Notes: generated by a model from the sequence alone, not told the origin. A stretch of 64,000 bases of DNA from Nitrosopumilus sp. (GCA_965214775.1 OZ243974.1:1472001-1536000); one strand, 5' to 3'. Numbered from the stretch's first letter, positions 51,330 to 61,300 are shown. Translations and numbers: made by a program.

Positions 51330-51807
51330 AGTACGCCTTGCGAAGACGTGAGTGCTTTGCTTGCCTAGGAATTTGTCCCTTGATGTTGCGAATTCTACCT
51401 GTTTTCCCATGCATGTGCGATGGTTTGCCTGATCTTAATGTTTGGATCAAAAGCAGTTGTCAAAATTGTTCGTTTTTTTATGAATTGACTACAGTTGCCG
51501 TATAAGCACGGTCTCGGATTTTGCCATCACTCCTGTTCGAGGATGGATCCCGGATCTAAATCAACCGACTGAAAATAGTCGCAGTTTTGATCAAATATTT
51601 TGGACAATGCGAGGCGCTGCCTGCCAGCCTGATGCATGATCAGCTTGCAAACAGGATATTTCGATCCGGGCGATTACGCATAAAGTCTAATATTAATTTT
51701 TTAAATTTCTATTTATTGCTATGATGCAAGGTTTGTGCACCTATAGTCAAGAACTAACACAACATACAAAATGAATACTTTTAGCATGGTGTAGATCTGA
51801 TAGAGAC

Positions 51808-52641
51808 ATGGCAAATAATTCCGCCATTGAATGGACGGAAGCAACTTGGAATCCAACAACAGGCTGCACTAAGATATCTCCCGGGTGTGCTAATTGCTAT
51901 GCCGAAAAACTTTCAAATAGACTAAAAGCAATGGGAGTAAAAAAATACAAAAACAATTTTGAATTTACAGAGCAACCAGATGATTTAGAACTGCCGTTGA
52001 CTTGGAAAAAAAGCAAGAAGGTCTTTGTAAACAGCATGTCGGATTTGTTTCATGAAAACTCTAGAATGGAGTACATTGGCAGATGTTTTCACACCATGCT
52101 CAGAGCAGATCGTCATTTTTACCAAGTGTTGACAAAACGTTCTGGCACCATGGTTGAATTCTCAAAACTATTTCGTGAATATTTTGGAGAAAAAATACCC
52201 CCACATATCTGGATGGGAGTAAGTGTAGAAAACGAGGACTATAGGTGGAGGATTGATGATTTGAGAAAGGTGAAGTGTCATACAAGATTCTTGAGTATGG
52301 AGCCATTAATTGGTCCAGTACGTAATCTGAATCTCAAAAACATTGATTGGGTTATAATTGGCGGTGAAAGCGGACCCGGTTACAGAAAAGTAAAAGAAAA
52401 GTGGATTCTCGATATCATAAAACAATGCAAAAAACAAAAGGTTTCTGTCTTTTTCAAGCAGTGGGGCGGAATACGGCCAAAGTCTGGAGGTCGCACCATA
52501 AGGGGCAAAACATACGATGAGTATCCCACAGTTGCCAAGATCCGCAGTGCCCTAAAAGAAGTGGAATACACAGAAAAAGAGTTTTCCAAGTTCTGCATAT
52601 CTAAAGCACAGAATAAAAAATCAGCACTAGTCGAAGTTTAA
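51808..52641 (+). CDS. DUF5131 (phage Gp37/Gp68) family protein with Cx6Cx2C motif
   Basis: IEWTEATWNPTTGCTKISPGCANCYA, VNSMSDLFH, LTKR, GGESG, FFKQWGG. Confidence 0.95.
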   Translation: MANNSAIEWTEATWNPTTGCTKISPGCANCYAEKLSNRLKAMGVKKYKNNFEFTEQPDDLELPLTWKKSKKVFVNSMSDLFHENSRMEYIGRCFHTMLRADRHFYQVLTKRSGTMVEFSKLFREYFGEKIPPHIWMGVSVENEDYRWRIDDLRKVKCHTRFLSMEPLIGPVRNLNLKNIDWVIIGGESGPGYRKVKEKWILDIIKQCKKQKVSVFFKQWGGIRPKSGGRTIRGKTYDEYPTVAKIRSALKEVEYTEKEFSKFCISKAQNKKSALVEV

Positions 52642-52719
52642 CCTGTAAAATCATAACTGTAGTTTTGTTTATATCAGTATTTGAGATGTAACATGTCTAA
52701 ACGAAAACGGCAGTATTGC

Positions 52720-53216
52720 AAAACATCGTGACAGTCTGTGATTTTGAAGCTCAGGCGTGGTTTTGATTCCAACATAGATGTCTTGAGTGCAAATCGCGCC
52801 CATAATCATAAATCACTTCACGAACACGATCTGTTGCCAAACTGGTGAATTTAGCAACAACTCCTGTACGACGTGATCAAAACCTGCTTCGGTCTGGTAA
52901 ATTTGATTCGGCAGGAACTTTTGGGCGCCAGTATAAAATCAGGAATGGCTTCCAAATCGTGAACTGTTACGATTAGACCTTGCGTCATCGACCTGAATGA
53001 GATGAATTTGTTCGTAATAATCCTAAACCTGAATCGATTACGCATAAAGTCTAGCATGCCCTTCCTATGCTCGGCACTGCAGATAGATGATCCGAAACTA
53101 GAAGCGTACGAATCTTGAGTGATTTCACAGATAATCTCTATTTTGTTGATATTTTGAGATGTCTTGTGCAAATTCGCTCACGCACAATCAAAATCTGCTA
53201 ACTTTGATCAGCACTC
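52720..53216. mobile_element. Cluster of degenerate MITEs (A-like x2, B 52975-53052, H ~53083-53216)
   Basis: B copy is an inverted homologue of 3045-3124; H ends recognisable. Confidence 0.65.
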
Positions 53217-53247
53217 TGGGCGCAAGAATCTGAAAAAAGGCCAGAAC

Positions 53248-53331
53248 CTAGTCGTCATCAGCAAGATCATCCAAAAGCTTGGAGTATTTTTCCATAAGCT
53301 CTTCGTTGATTTTCCTATCTTCGGGGCTCAT
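53248..53331 (-). CDS. 27-aa acidic peptide, putative Doc-type antidote
   Basis: MSPEDRKINEELMEKYSKLLDDLADDD directly downstream of the Fic/Doc gene. Confidence 0.45.
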   Translation of the reverse strand: MSPEDRKINEELMEKYSKLLDDLADDD

Positions 53332-53341
53332 GCTTGTTCAT

Positions 53342-53760
53342 TCACTGGGAAATATAAAAAAACAGCTGCTCCATGACTTCCTGATTCAGGGTCAAAAACC
53401 TGTCCTTGATTCTCCTTAACATCCGCCTTAATTCCAGGTTCTCTTCTTCCGGATCAATGTCCAAACCATATCCGTTGTCGCGTAAAAACTTGCCTGCTGC
53501 GATAATTCCGGTTCTTCTATTGCCGTCCATGAATGGCTGCTTCAAAGCAATTGCCCCGATAATGTGGGTGGCTATCTCAAGCAAGTCTCGCTTCCTGCTT
53601 CCAGAGTTGCCAACTCTGTTTATCATCAAAAGCGCCTCGTCCATGTTTTTTGGAATGACTCCGACGTACACGTGCTTGCCGGTTCTTTTCCTCTCTCTTA
53701 TAGTGGCGACTGAAAGTCTTTGATCACCAAAAAGTGTCTTCCTGCGTAGTTTACACCCAT
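53342..53760 (-). pseudogene. Fic/Doc family protein, probably frameshifted near 53700
   Basis: QPFMDGNRRTG motif; the ATG at 53760 is out of frame with the body. Confidence 0.7.
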
Positions 53761-53768
53761 GTGTGCTC

Positions 53769-54170
53769 TAGTTTGTTGCATAACCCTGCCTAAAATTTGA
53801 AACTTTACTGAAAATCACCGGAATGATCAACTAATTCTGACCGAAAAAGTAATGGATCATGAGGATGCCTCGTATTGTATACATTGACACGCACGGATAA
53901 TGCAAAGTACGTAGAGAGAGGGGCAGGCCTGGTCGTCAAGTACAACCCGGACTGGGAGAAGGATCTCAAGGCTGCCAACCGCCACAAGGAGGGCGCCCCG
54001 TTCCTGTATGCAGAAGGCATGATAATGGCCGCAGCCGCCCTCAGGACCGCATTCATGCTAAAGTACAGGCAGCTGTCAGGTATGCTCGGGGAGATGCTAA
54101 AGGGTGCGGACTCGCCGTGTTACACCACGATATTCAGAAGGATACAGAAGCTTGACGTCGACATTGTATT
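53769..54170 (+). pseudogene. IS5 (IS903-like) transposase N-terminal fragment with L-type end
   Basis: GAPFLY...LKYRQ..G...PCYTTIFRR; end TAGTTTGTTGCATAAC. Confidence 0.75.
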
Positions 54171-54304
54171 ATATGAAAATTATGTCGCACCATCATTACC
54201 GGTGTCCCCCTCAATCTATCTCGAGTCGCTTTTCCTGATCGCACCGGTGTCCTTGTCACAGAACGCCCGCACCGGCGTCTTGTAGCTGTCGATGTCCAGC
54301 GACT

Positions 54305-54434
54305 GGGGTTGTTGCCTAATTCACCAGAATTCATGAAACCCATTGATATGCCATATGAATCAGGCGTGCAAAAGGGCGGAAATTCAGAAAAACATACGGA
54401 TTGAGTCAAACAAGTGGAATTAGGCAACAACCCC
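54305..54434. mobile_element. Family F MITE in the integrase 5' end
   Basis: GGGGTTGTTGCCTAATT...AATTAGGCAACAACCCC. Confidence 0.9.
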
Positions 54435-55507
54435 GGTGGTACGACAACCTTGCGCGCGGGAGCGTGCTTACTGCAAACAACTCGCTGCGATGCATTGACA
54501 AGTTCTGTGAGACGCACAGCATGTCTCCGGTCGAGCTGGCAGATCTCGGAGCAAGGGATCTGAGGGCAGTCACGGATCTCATCGAGGATCACGTCACCAT
54601 GATGGAGTCCGAGAACTACTCGTCCGGATACGTGACCCTGACCGTCCAGATCGTAAAGTCCTGGCTGAGGCACTCTGATGTGGTGATCAAGCGCAGGATA
54701 AAGGTGACCCCCAACAGGAACCAGAAGACAATACAGAGCGAGCGCGTTCCAAACGCGCAGGAGATGTCCGAGATATACGGCCGCGCGGGACTGCGGGAGT
54801 CAGTCATAATATCCCTGATGGTCAAGTCCGGGCTGAGGCCGGAGACCATAGGCAACCATGACGGCACGGACGGGCTGCGCATGAGCGATCTTCCGGACGT
54901 GGTGATACACCAGGGAACGGCAAAGTGCATAAGGACGCCGTGCATGGTGACTGTAAGGAGCACGCTGTCAAAGGCTCGCCACCAGTACTTTACGTTCATG
55001 ACTGCGTCTGCAGCTAGTAACCTAACGGCATACCTCAACGACAGGCTCGCCCACGGGGAGCCGCTGCACGGGGGCTCGCCGGTGGTGGCGCCGGATCACA
55101 TCCACAAGACGAACCGGGGCCGCAACAGGGACAAGGAATTCCTCATTACATCGCAGGTAAGTCACCTGGTGCGCAGGACGTTCAGGCCGAGGTTCACGTG
55201 GAGGCCCTACATGCTGCGCGTGTACTTTGACACGCAGCTGCTGATTGCCGAGTCCAGGGGAAGGATTGCGCATGACTTTCGCGTCTTCCTTATGGGGCAC
55301 AGGGGAAGCATGGAGGTAAGGTACACCACGAACAAGGGCGTGCTGCCAGACGTCCTGCTAGACGAGATGCGGGAAGCATTCGGACGATCCGAGGAGCACC
55401 TGGACCAGGCAGAAGCAGATCCTACACTGGAACAAAAGCAGGAGGCGCTGCGGATGATAGGGGATACCACGCCGGATCAGCTCGGGCGCGTGCTAGAGGG
55501 ACTGCAG
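54435..55507 (+). pseudogene. Tyrosine recombinase/integrase with both ends hit by MITEs
   Basis: WYDNLARGS, SGLRPE, LSK, RPYMLR, LMGH, Y; ORF-track start and stop both lie inside MITEs. Confidence 0.85.
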
Positions 55508-55642
55508 AGAGTTGATTCGAAATTAGCAAACTCATTATTTGTGAACGAATTTGCATAAAGCAGCTCAAAACACCAACAAAATACAGATTATCTGTGAAAT
55601 TACTTGAAAAATTCGTACGGTCTCTAATTTCGGATCACCTCT
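55508..55642. mobile_element. Family H MITE
   Basis: AGAGTTGATTCGAAATTAG...CTAATTTCGGATCACCTCT. Confidence 0.9.
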
Positions 55643-55780
55643 CTGCGGGCGAGGCGGTCACAGATGGGCAAACCGGGGAGGAGTATCATGTCAGATGGGG
55701 GGGGGGTGATCTGCTTTCTTGATCCCACATACGTATACACAACACGTAACACATAATTACCAAAAAATACAACGAAAAAC

Positions 55781-55918
55781 ATGTTAAAGGCAAACCGGAT
55801 TGACCCCGCCCCGCTTTCTGCAGAGGAGATCAGCGACGTTGACGAATACTATTCGGGAGACGAGGATCCCATCCATTTTAGCAGTAGCGACGACCTGATC
55901 GACTGGCTGCACAGCTAG
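55781..55918 (+). CDS. Small acidic putative antitoxin (45 aa, not in ORF track)
   Basis: MLKANRIDPAPLSAEEISDVDEYYSGDEDPIHFSSSDDLIDWLHS; aligns with 5405-5536. Confidence 0.7.
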   Translation: MLKANRIDPAPLSAEEISDVDEYYSGDEDPIHFSSSDDLIDWLHS

Positions 55919-55921
55919 GCC

Positions 55922-56194
55922 ATGGCAGCCATGTGGGAGTTTGACGCCAAGACCAAGTTCAAAAAACAGTACAGGGGCCTTAACCCCCAAACCCAGAAAA
56001 AGGTTGACGGGGCAATCGGTGAGCTGAAGCGCTCTGAAAATCCTGCACACCTGGGAAAATACAAGTCCAACATGAGGGTTTTTGCATTCCACATAGGACG
56101 AAGATATCGGATCATATACAACATCGACTGGAGCAATAACACGGTAGAACTTCTTCGCGTTTGTGACCACAAGTCAGCCTATGGCAAGGATTGA
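55922..56194 (+). CDS. RelE/ParE-family toxin
   Basis: FKKQYRGL, YRIIY, VCDHK.AY; basic, 90 aa. Confidence 0.85.
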   Translation: MAAMWEFDAKTKFKKQYRGLNPQTQKKVDGAIGELKRSENPAHLGKYKSNMRVFAFHIGRRYRIIYNIDWSNNTVELLRVCDHKSAYGKD

Positions 56195-56316
56195 CGGGTT
56201 CTGGCCGGCTGCGATGATCCCGCGACTCCCTTTTGGATGCTGATCTGTCAGAATCACCGAAGTTAACCCAAGGCCCGACCTGTCTCATATGGTGCGCAGT
56301 ATGGGGTCACGTCTAC

Positions 56317-56700
56317 CACTTGGTGCGCAGGACGTTCAGACCGAGATTCACGTGGAGGCCCTACGTGCTGCGCGCGTACTTTGACACGCAGCTGCTGATT
56401 GCCGAGTCCAGGGGAAGGATTGCGCATGACTTTCGCGTCTTCTTTATGGGGCACAGGGGAAGCATGGAGGCGCGATACACCACGAACAAGGGCGTGCTGC
56501 CAGACGTCCTGCTAGACGAGATGCGGGACGCATTCGGACGATCCGAGGAGCACCTGGACCAGGCAGAAGCAGATCCTACACTGGAACAAAAGCAGGAGGC
56601 GCTGCGGATGATAGAGGGGGCCACACCGGATCAGCTCGGGCGCGTGCTAGAGGCACTGCATATGCCGGCAATACGCGCCGGGGCAGGTCGTGGCAGATAG
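56317..56700 (+). pseudogene. Duplicated 3' fragment of the integrase
   Basis: HLVRRTFRPRF...GRVLE near-identical to ~55163-55500. Confidence 0.9.
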
Positions 56701-56836
56701 CGCGGGTGCAGAAAAACTCATTGCCGACGGCTGCACGTTTGTCGGCGTCCTGCCAAACGGCAGGGTGGTTCTTCAAAGGGATATGTGAGGCCGCAGCGGC
56801 GCGACATACCTTTATACTTACATCCACTGTGGCTCC

Positions 56837-57237
56837 CAGCTAAGTGAAAAGTAAATGAGATTTGCTGTTTTGCCTTGCTGCTGAGGCGTTGCGCCTCATG
56901 CCCAGTTTTTGTTTTTGCGCGATTTCAGGGTACTTTTCACTTAGATGGCTCCGCACATAGACGGCGGAAGGAAATCTGGGTGCCGACAATCAATCTTCCC
57001 AGAAGTAACCCAGAAAGCGGCCACGGATTTGAGACAAATCAAATTATGATGCCTGCAGATTCGCCCACCACCATCTGCACAGTCATGAATCACGTACTTC
57101 GAGGAAGACTGACAGTCAGTCTTCCCAGAAGTAACCGACTCGTGTAGGTGTAGGCGACCATGTGCAGATCTGTAGGAGGCTTTGCTTGAACTGCTTCGAG
57201 TTTGAAGTCACTTGATGGGTTACTTCTGGGAAGACTG
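56837..57237. mobile_element. Family D MITE (56837-56947) and two tandem family I-ended MITEs (56991-57111, 57117-57237)
   Basis: D with 5-bp TSD GCTCC; second I with TSD GACAGT. Confidence 0.85.
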
Positions 57238-57378
57238 GACAGTATACCTTCTTTTTTATACAGTTCAAGATCACATTATCAAACGAGAAATAGCAAGTTG
57301 TGCTTTTGTTAGCCGTTTACCAAATGGCAACCTTGGGAGCTTCACTAAGATTAAATTACTTGTAGTTCTTGTGGATAG

Positions 57379-57930
57379 ATGTTGGGCGCAGACGTGCATG
57401 ATACGATTTATTCGGTATTAGACGCAAATAATGGTACAATAAGGGGAAGGACTGCGATCCAAAAACTCGTCTACCTTTCCAGCAAGAAGATTCCAGAACT
57501 TGATGTGCCACCGTATGTGGCTCACTATTACGGGCCGTTCAGCCCAGGCTTGGGATGGGCGCTAGAGAAGATGGTGTCGTATTCTTTTTTGTACGAAGCC
57601 AGCACTCCGGGATCCATATATGATGGATACACATACGGTCTTACCAATGATGGGCAAGAGATAGTCAAAAAGACAAAAGAGAAGTACAAGGACATGTTTG
57701 GGAAGGTTGCTGAGATAGTCAAGACATGCAGGGACTTTTGTGAATTAAAAACCGCCCCATTATCGTATGCATCCAAAATCCACTACCTGTTTTGCTCAGA
57801 GCATAAAGACGACATGTCCTTTTCAGATGCAGTGGAATATGCCAGAAAGCTCGGATGGAATGTGTCCAAAGACGACGTAGAGCAGGGCGCACAGCTCTTG
57901 GAACGATTAAATCTTGCCAGAATATCATAA
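57379..57930 (+). CDS. YwgA/Panacea (SocA-like) domain protein
   Basis: IRGRTAIQKLVYL...YYGPFS...YTYGLT.DG. Confidence 0.75.
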   Translation: MLGADVHDTIYSVLDANNGTIRGRTAIQKLVYLSSKKIPELDVPPYVAHYYGPFSPGLGWALEKMVSYSFLYEASTPGSIYDGYTYGLTNDGQEIVKKTKEKYKDMFGKVAEIVKTCRDFCELKTAPLSYASKIHYLFCSEHKDDMSFSDAVEYARKLGWNVSKDDVEQGAQLLERLNLARIS

Positions 57931-59230
57931 CAGCTATTTTCAATTCAAATCTATCAGAGATCCTCTGTACGGGTTCATAGACTTGTCCGAGTTGGAGATG
58001 AAAATAATCGACACTCCCGTGTTCCGTAGAATGCATGGCATAAAGCAACTCTCCCACGCGTATTTGGTATATCCTACAGCAATCCACACCAGATTTGAGC
58101 ATTCCTTGGGAGCGACCTACTTGGCAGACCGGGTATCAAAACAGATCGCACTGGATGACGAAGTAAGGGAGATCGTACGACTGGCATGTCTTTTACACGA
58201 TATCGGCCACGGTCCATTCTCCCACCTGTTTGAAGAGGTAATGAAAAATGTCAACGGAAAAAGGATCGACCACGACAGGATCTCAATGATGCTGATAAGG
58301 GAGGATCATGACATCTCCTCAATACTGGGCGACAAGGCAGAAAAAGTAGTCAATCTGCTGGATCATAGGCCGGTATCCGGATTGGATTCAAAGATAAGCT
58401 CCCTAGCAGCCGATATAGTCTCCGGCCCCCTGGATGTAGACAAGATGGATTACTTGAGACGCGATTCGTATCATATCGGTGTGGCCTATGGACAGTTTGA
58501 CCTCCATCGCATAATTCACACCCTTACCAGCACCAACGATCAGATCGAACAAAAGATTTGCGTAGACTCGAAAGGCAAAGATGCCATTGAAAGTTACAGG
58601 CTGGGCAGATATCTGATGCATGCGCAAGTCTACAAGCATCACACCCGTCTGATTGGAGACAGGATGTTCCTTCAGGCCCTAGACCTGGCAGTGAACGAGG
58701 AGAACATCATACCAAAGGACGCACTGTGCACTGACACGGATCTTAGCAAGTCCCACAAGGAGTTTCTGAGTTTTTACACATGCCTGGACGATCGCGGACT
58801 GTACGACCGTATTCTAGGCAGAGAGAAAAGCAGGGCGGCCCAGATCCTAAAGCGGATACAACGCAGGAGGCTTCTCAAAAAGGCCATAGAATCTCTGCCC
58901 GACAAGGAAATACCCAACGCACAAACACGTGACCGCATATCTAGGATGAGTGAAGACGACATGCAGTCACTAGCTGATAACATTGCAAAGGATGCAGGCA
59001 TCGAGAGACACAATGTAATTGTCCACTCTTCAGAAATACCGGTAAATCTTTACGAGGGAGAGATCATGATCATGTGGAAGGGGACTCCGAGAAAACTGGA
59101 CGAATTTTCCCCCATTAGCACCAGCAAATCCACCATCAACAAGTTCTATGTCTTCGGTCCTGACGATGAGGCATCCCAACAGAAAATCAGGGAATGCGTA
59201 AAAGATCGATTTGGCACATACATTGACTGA
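57914..59230 (+). CDS. HD-domain dNTP triphosphohydrolase-like protein (SAMHD1/YwfO type)
   Basis: IRDPLYG, IKQL, HTRFEHSLG, LHDIGHGPFSH, DVDKMDYLRRD, VYKHH. Confidence 0.92.
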   Translation: MPEYHNSYFQFKSIRDPLYGFIDLSELEMKIIDTPVFRRMHGIKQLSHAYLVYPTAIHTRFEHSLGATYLADRVSKQIALDDEVREIVRLACLLHDIGHGPFSHLFEEVMKNVNGKRIDHDRISMMLIREDHDISSILGDKAEKVVNLLDHRPVSGLDSKISSLAADIVSGPLDVDKMDYLRRDSYHIGVAYGQFDLHRIIHTLTSTNDQIEQKICVDSKGKDAIESYRLGRYLMHAQVYKHHTRLIGDRMFLQALDLAVNEENIIPKDALCTDTDLSKSHKEFLSFYTCLDDRGLYDRILGREKSRAAQILKRIQRRRLLKKAIESLPDKEIPNAQTRDRISRMSEDDMQSLADNIAKDAGIERHNVIVHSSEIPVNLYEGEIMIMWKGTPRKLDEFSPISTSKSTINKFYVFGPDDEASQQKIRECVKDRFGTYID

Positions 59231-59241
59231 CACGAAACCCC

Positions 59242-59454
59242 CAGTATGAATTCGCCTGTCCGCGAAAATACCAAAAATTACACACGGATTCCACCTATTT
59301 AATTAGATTCAGGCAGGACAGGTGAATTCATACTGCGTGTCGGCCCATCCAAGTGAAATGTGCCGAGAAATCAAGTAAAAACAGAAACTGGGCAGGAGGC
59401 ACGACGCCTCAGTAACAAGGCAAAAACAAACCCCATTCACATTTCACTTAGCTG
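59242..59454. mobile_element. Family E MITE (59242-59335) and family D MITE (59346-59454)
   Basis: CAGTATGAATTC...GAATTCATACTG; D is an inverted homologue of 56837-56947. Confidence 0.75.
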
Positions 59455-59471
59455 CGACCCCGCATACCCTT

Positions 59472-61060
59472 AGACTTTATGCGTAATCGCCCGGATCGAA
59501 ATATCCTGTTTGCAAGCTGATCATGCATCAGGCTGGCAGGCAGCGCCTCGCATTGTCCAAAATATTTGATCAAAACTGCGACTATTTTCAGTCGGTTGAT
59601 TTAGATCCGGGATCCATCCTCGAACAGGAGTGATGGCAAAATCCGAGACCGTGCTTATACGGCAACTGAGCAAAGAGAATGAGCAGTACAGGCAAATGTA
59701 CGAGCAGGAGAAGATGCAGTACAAGAGGGAGGCCAGGCAGCAAGGGAGGGAGAATGCACAGTACAGGCAAATGTACGAGCAGGCCCAGGACAAGATAGGG
59801 CAGTTAAACCAGAGGCTGGACTTTGAGCGCGGGTTCTGGCCTGTAACATGGAATGACAAAAGGCGTACCGCAGAGAACGTCGCGTTCATGCACAGGCTCG
59901 AGGTGCTTGAGGACATAATCGGCGGCCGATCCCTGCAGGCCACCACGTCCCTGAACCTGCGTCAGTTTGAATATATATTAAACCTGTATATGGAGAAGGC
60001 CAAAAAGCATACAGAATGCCCCCTGTTTTCTGAGGACGAGGACGACGGGCCCGGAAACCGGTGCAAGCTGTCCTACAGACACGCCTTCCTGCTGGCCCTG
60101 ATGCGCAAGCGCGGAAACCTCATCCAGGAGCAGCTGGCGGCATTCTTTGGCATAGACCAGAGCACCGTATGCAGGTACATCAAGTTTTCTGACATCATAT
60201 TCCTTGAGATACTGCCCACGCCGTATAAAATATCACAGAAGATACGAAACACATGCACCATAGAGGATCTGATGAAGATCGTCCCCGACCTGACCGTAGC
60301 CGTCGACGGCACGCACATAGACATACAGCGCCCCACAGACAGGGAGCCAAGAAAGGAGGCGTACTCTGGCAAGAAGAAGAGCTTTACGCGCAACGTCCAG
60401 GTAATGACCAACAAGGACAGGCTGATAATATACGCAAGCAAGTCGGCTCCGGGAAGCGCGCACGACCTCACCATGATAAGGGACAACCCCCCGGAGCTGG
60501 GAATCCTGACTGCCAGGATGCGCAGCAACAGGAAGCATCCCGATGACGAGAAGGTAAAACTGTTATCGGATCTTGGGTACCTTGGAATCAAAAAAATGTA
60601 CCCAGGGGTCATATCCATGCAGCCCCACAAGAAACCAAAGGGGGACAAGCTTACAAAGAAACAGCGCGCACAGAACAGGAGGACAAGTAGCGAGAGGGTG
60701 ACAGTCGAGCATGCCATATGGCTGGTAAAACAGTACAAGCGGATGCGCGACCCGTACGACGGGACGGCCGAGGAGTTTGACCGGGAGTTCCAGGTGACAG
60801 CCGGGCTTGCCAACTTTAGGACGCTGTGGGACAAGCGGGACAAGAAGCTCAGGCTTGGGTTCTGATATTACGACGCGGAGCGCATTGCGGCGCCACACGA
60901 TGCCGCACGATACTACAGTTTTTGTCAGCTAGACGGGCTCATGACATGCGGTGCGGTGTCCTCTGCCGCCTTTGCACATGCCGTATGACGCTGCCGGTTC
61001 TGCATGCATGGTCAGCTTGCAAACGTAATATTTCGATCCAGTCGATTACGCATAAGGTCT
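59472..61060 (+). mobile_element. Intact IS5-family element (type B)
   Basis: TIRs AGAC...GTCT; 3-bp TSD CTT. Confidence 0.96.
59630..60865 (+). CDS. IS5/PIF-like DDE transposase with N-terminal coiled coil
   Basis: VDGT, YSGKKK, HD, DLGY, RVTVEH. Confidence 0.95.
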   Translation: MMAKSETVLIRQLSKENEQYRQMYEQEKMQYKREARQQGRENAQYRQMYEQAQDKIGQLNQRLDFERGFWPVTWNDKRRTAENVAFMHRLEVLEDIIGGRSLQATTSLNLRQFEYILNLYMEKAKKHTECPLFSEDEDDGPGNRCKLSYRHAFLLALMRKRGNLIQEQLAAFFGIDQSTVCRYIKFSDIIFLEILPTPYKISQKIRNTCTIEDLMKIVPDLTVAVDGTHIDIQRPTDREPRKEAYSGKKKSFTRNVQVMTNKDRLIIYASKSAPGSAHDLTMIRDNPPELGILTARMRSNRKHPDDEKVKLLSDLGYLGIKKMYPGVISMQPHKKPKGDKLTKKQRAQNRRTSSERVTVEHAIWLVKQYKRMRDPYDGTAEEFDREFQVTAGLANFRTLWDKRDKKLRLGF

Positions 61061-61189
61061 CTTATATGCGGCACCACAGCGGCGCCGCATACACCGATAA
61101 CGACAGGAAGCTACCGGGGTGCTTTCAAAACCCCCTTCCTATTTTTTTGTTTTTAACACCTTAACTAAATGAAATATAAACGAGATTTG

Positions 61190-61300
61190 GTAATAACTCG
61201 GGCTCTGGAAGCTCAGGTACGAATTTTGCTACCAAAAAGGACTGTTCAAACAGAATTTGTGCCTAAAATCAGAAGCAGCTTCTAGAGCCCGAGCTGCTAC
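61190..61300. mobile_element. Family A MITE
   Basis: Inverted close homologue of 5722-5832. Confidence 0.88.

Larger units (their letters stand above)
50060..51491 (+). mobile_element. IS630-family element
   Basis: Long (~65 bp) imperfect TIRs TAGTCAA...TTGACTA; CA duplicated. Confidence 0.92.
48861..51530 (-). pseudogene. IS5 transposase disrupted near its 5' end
   Basis: MMAKSETVLIRQL lies right of 51491; the remainder lies left of 50060. Confidence 0.9.
48666..51688 (-). mobile_element. IS5-family element (type B) interrupted by IS630
   Basis: ~50-bp TIRs AGAC..GTCT, 3-bp TSD AAT; 1589 bp after removing the insert, matching 59472-61060. Confidence 0.95.

Noticed and set aside
55697-55706. 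G10 tract upstream of the TA pair as a phase-variation switch
   Set aside because: Lies ~75 bp upstream in integrase-tail debris; no evidence of variation
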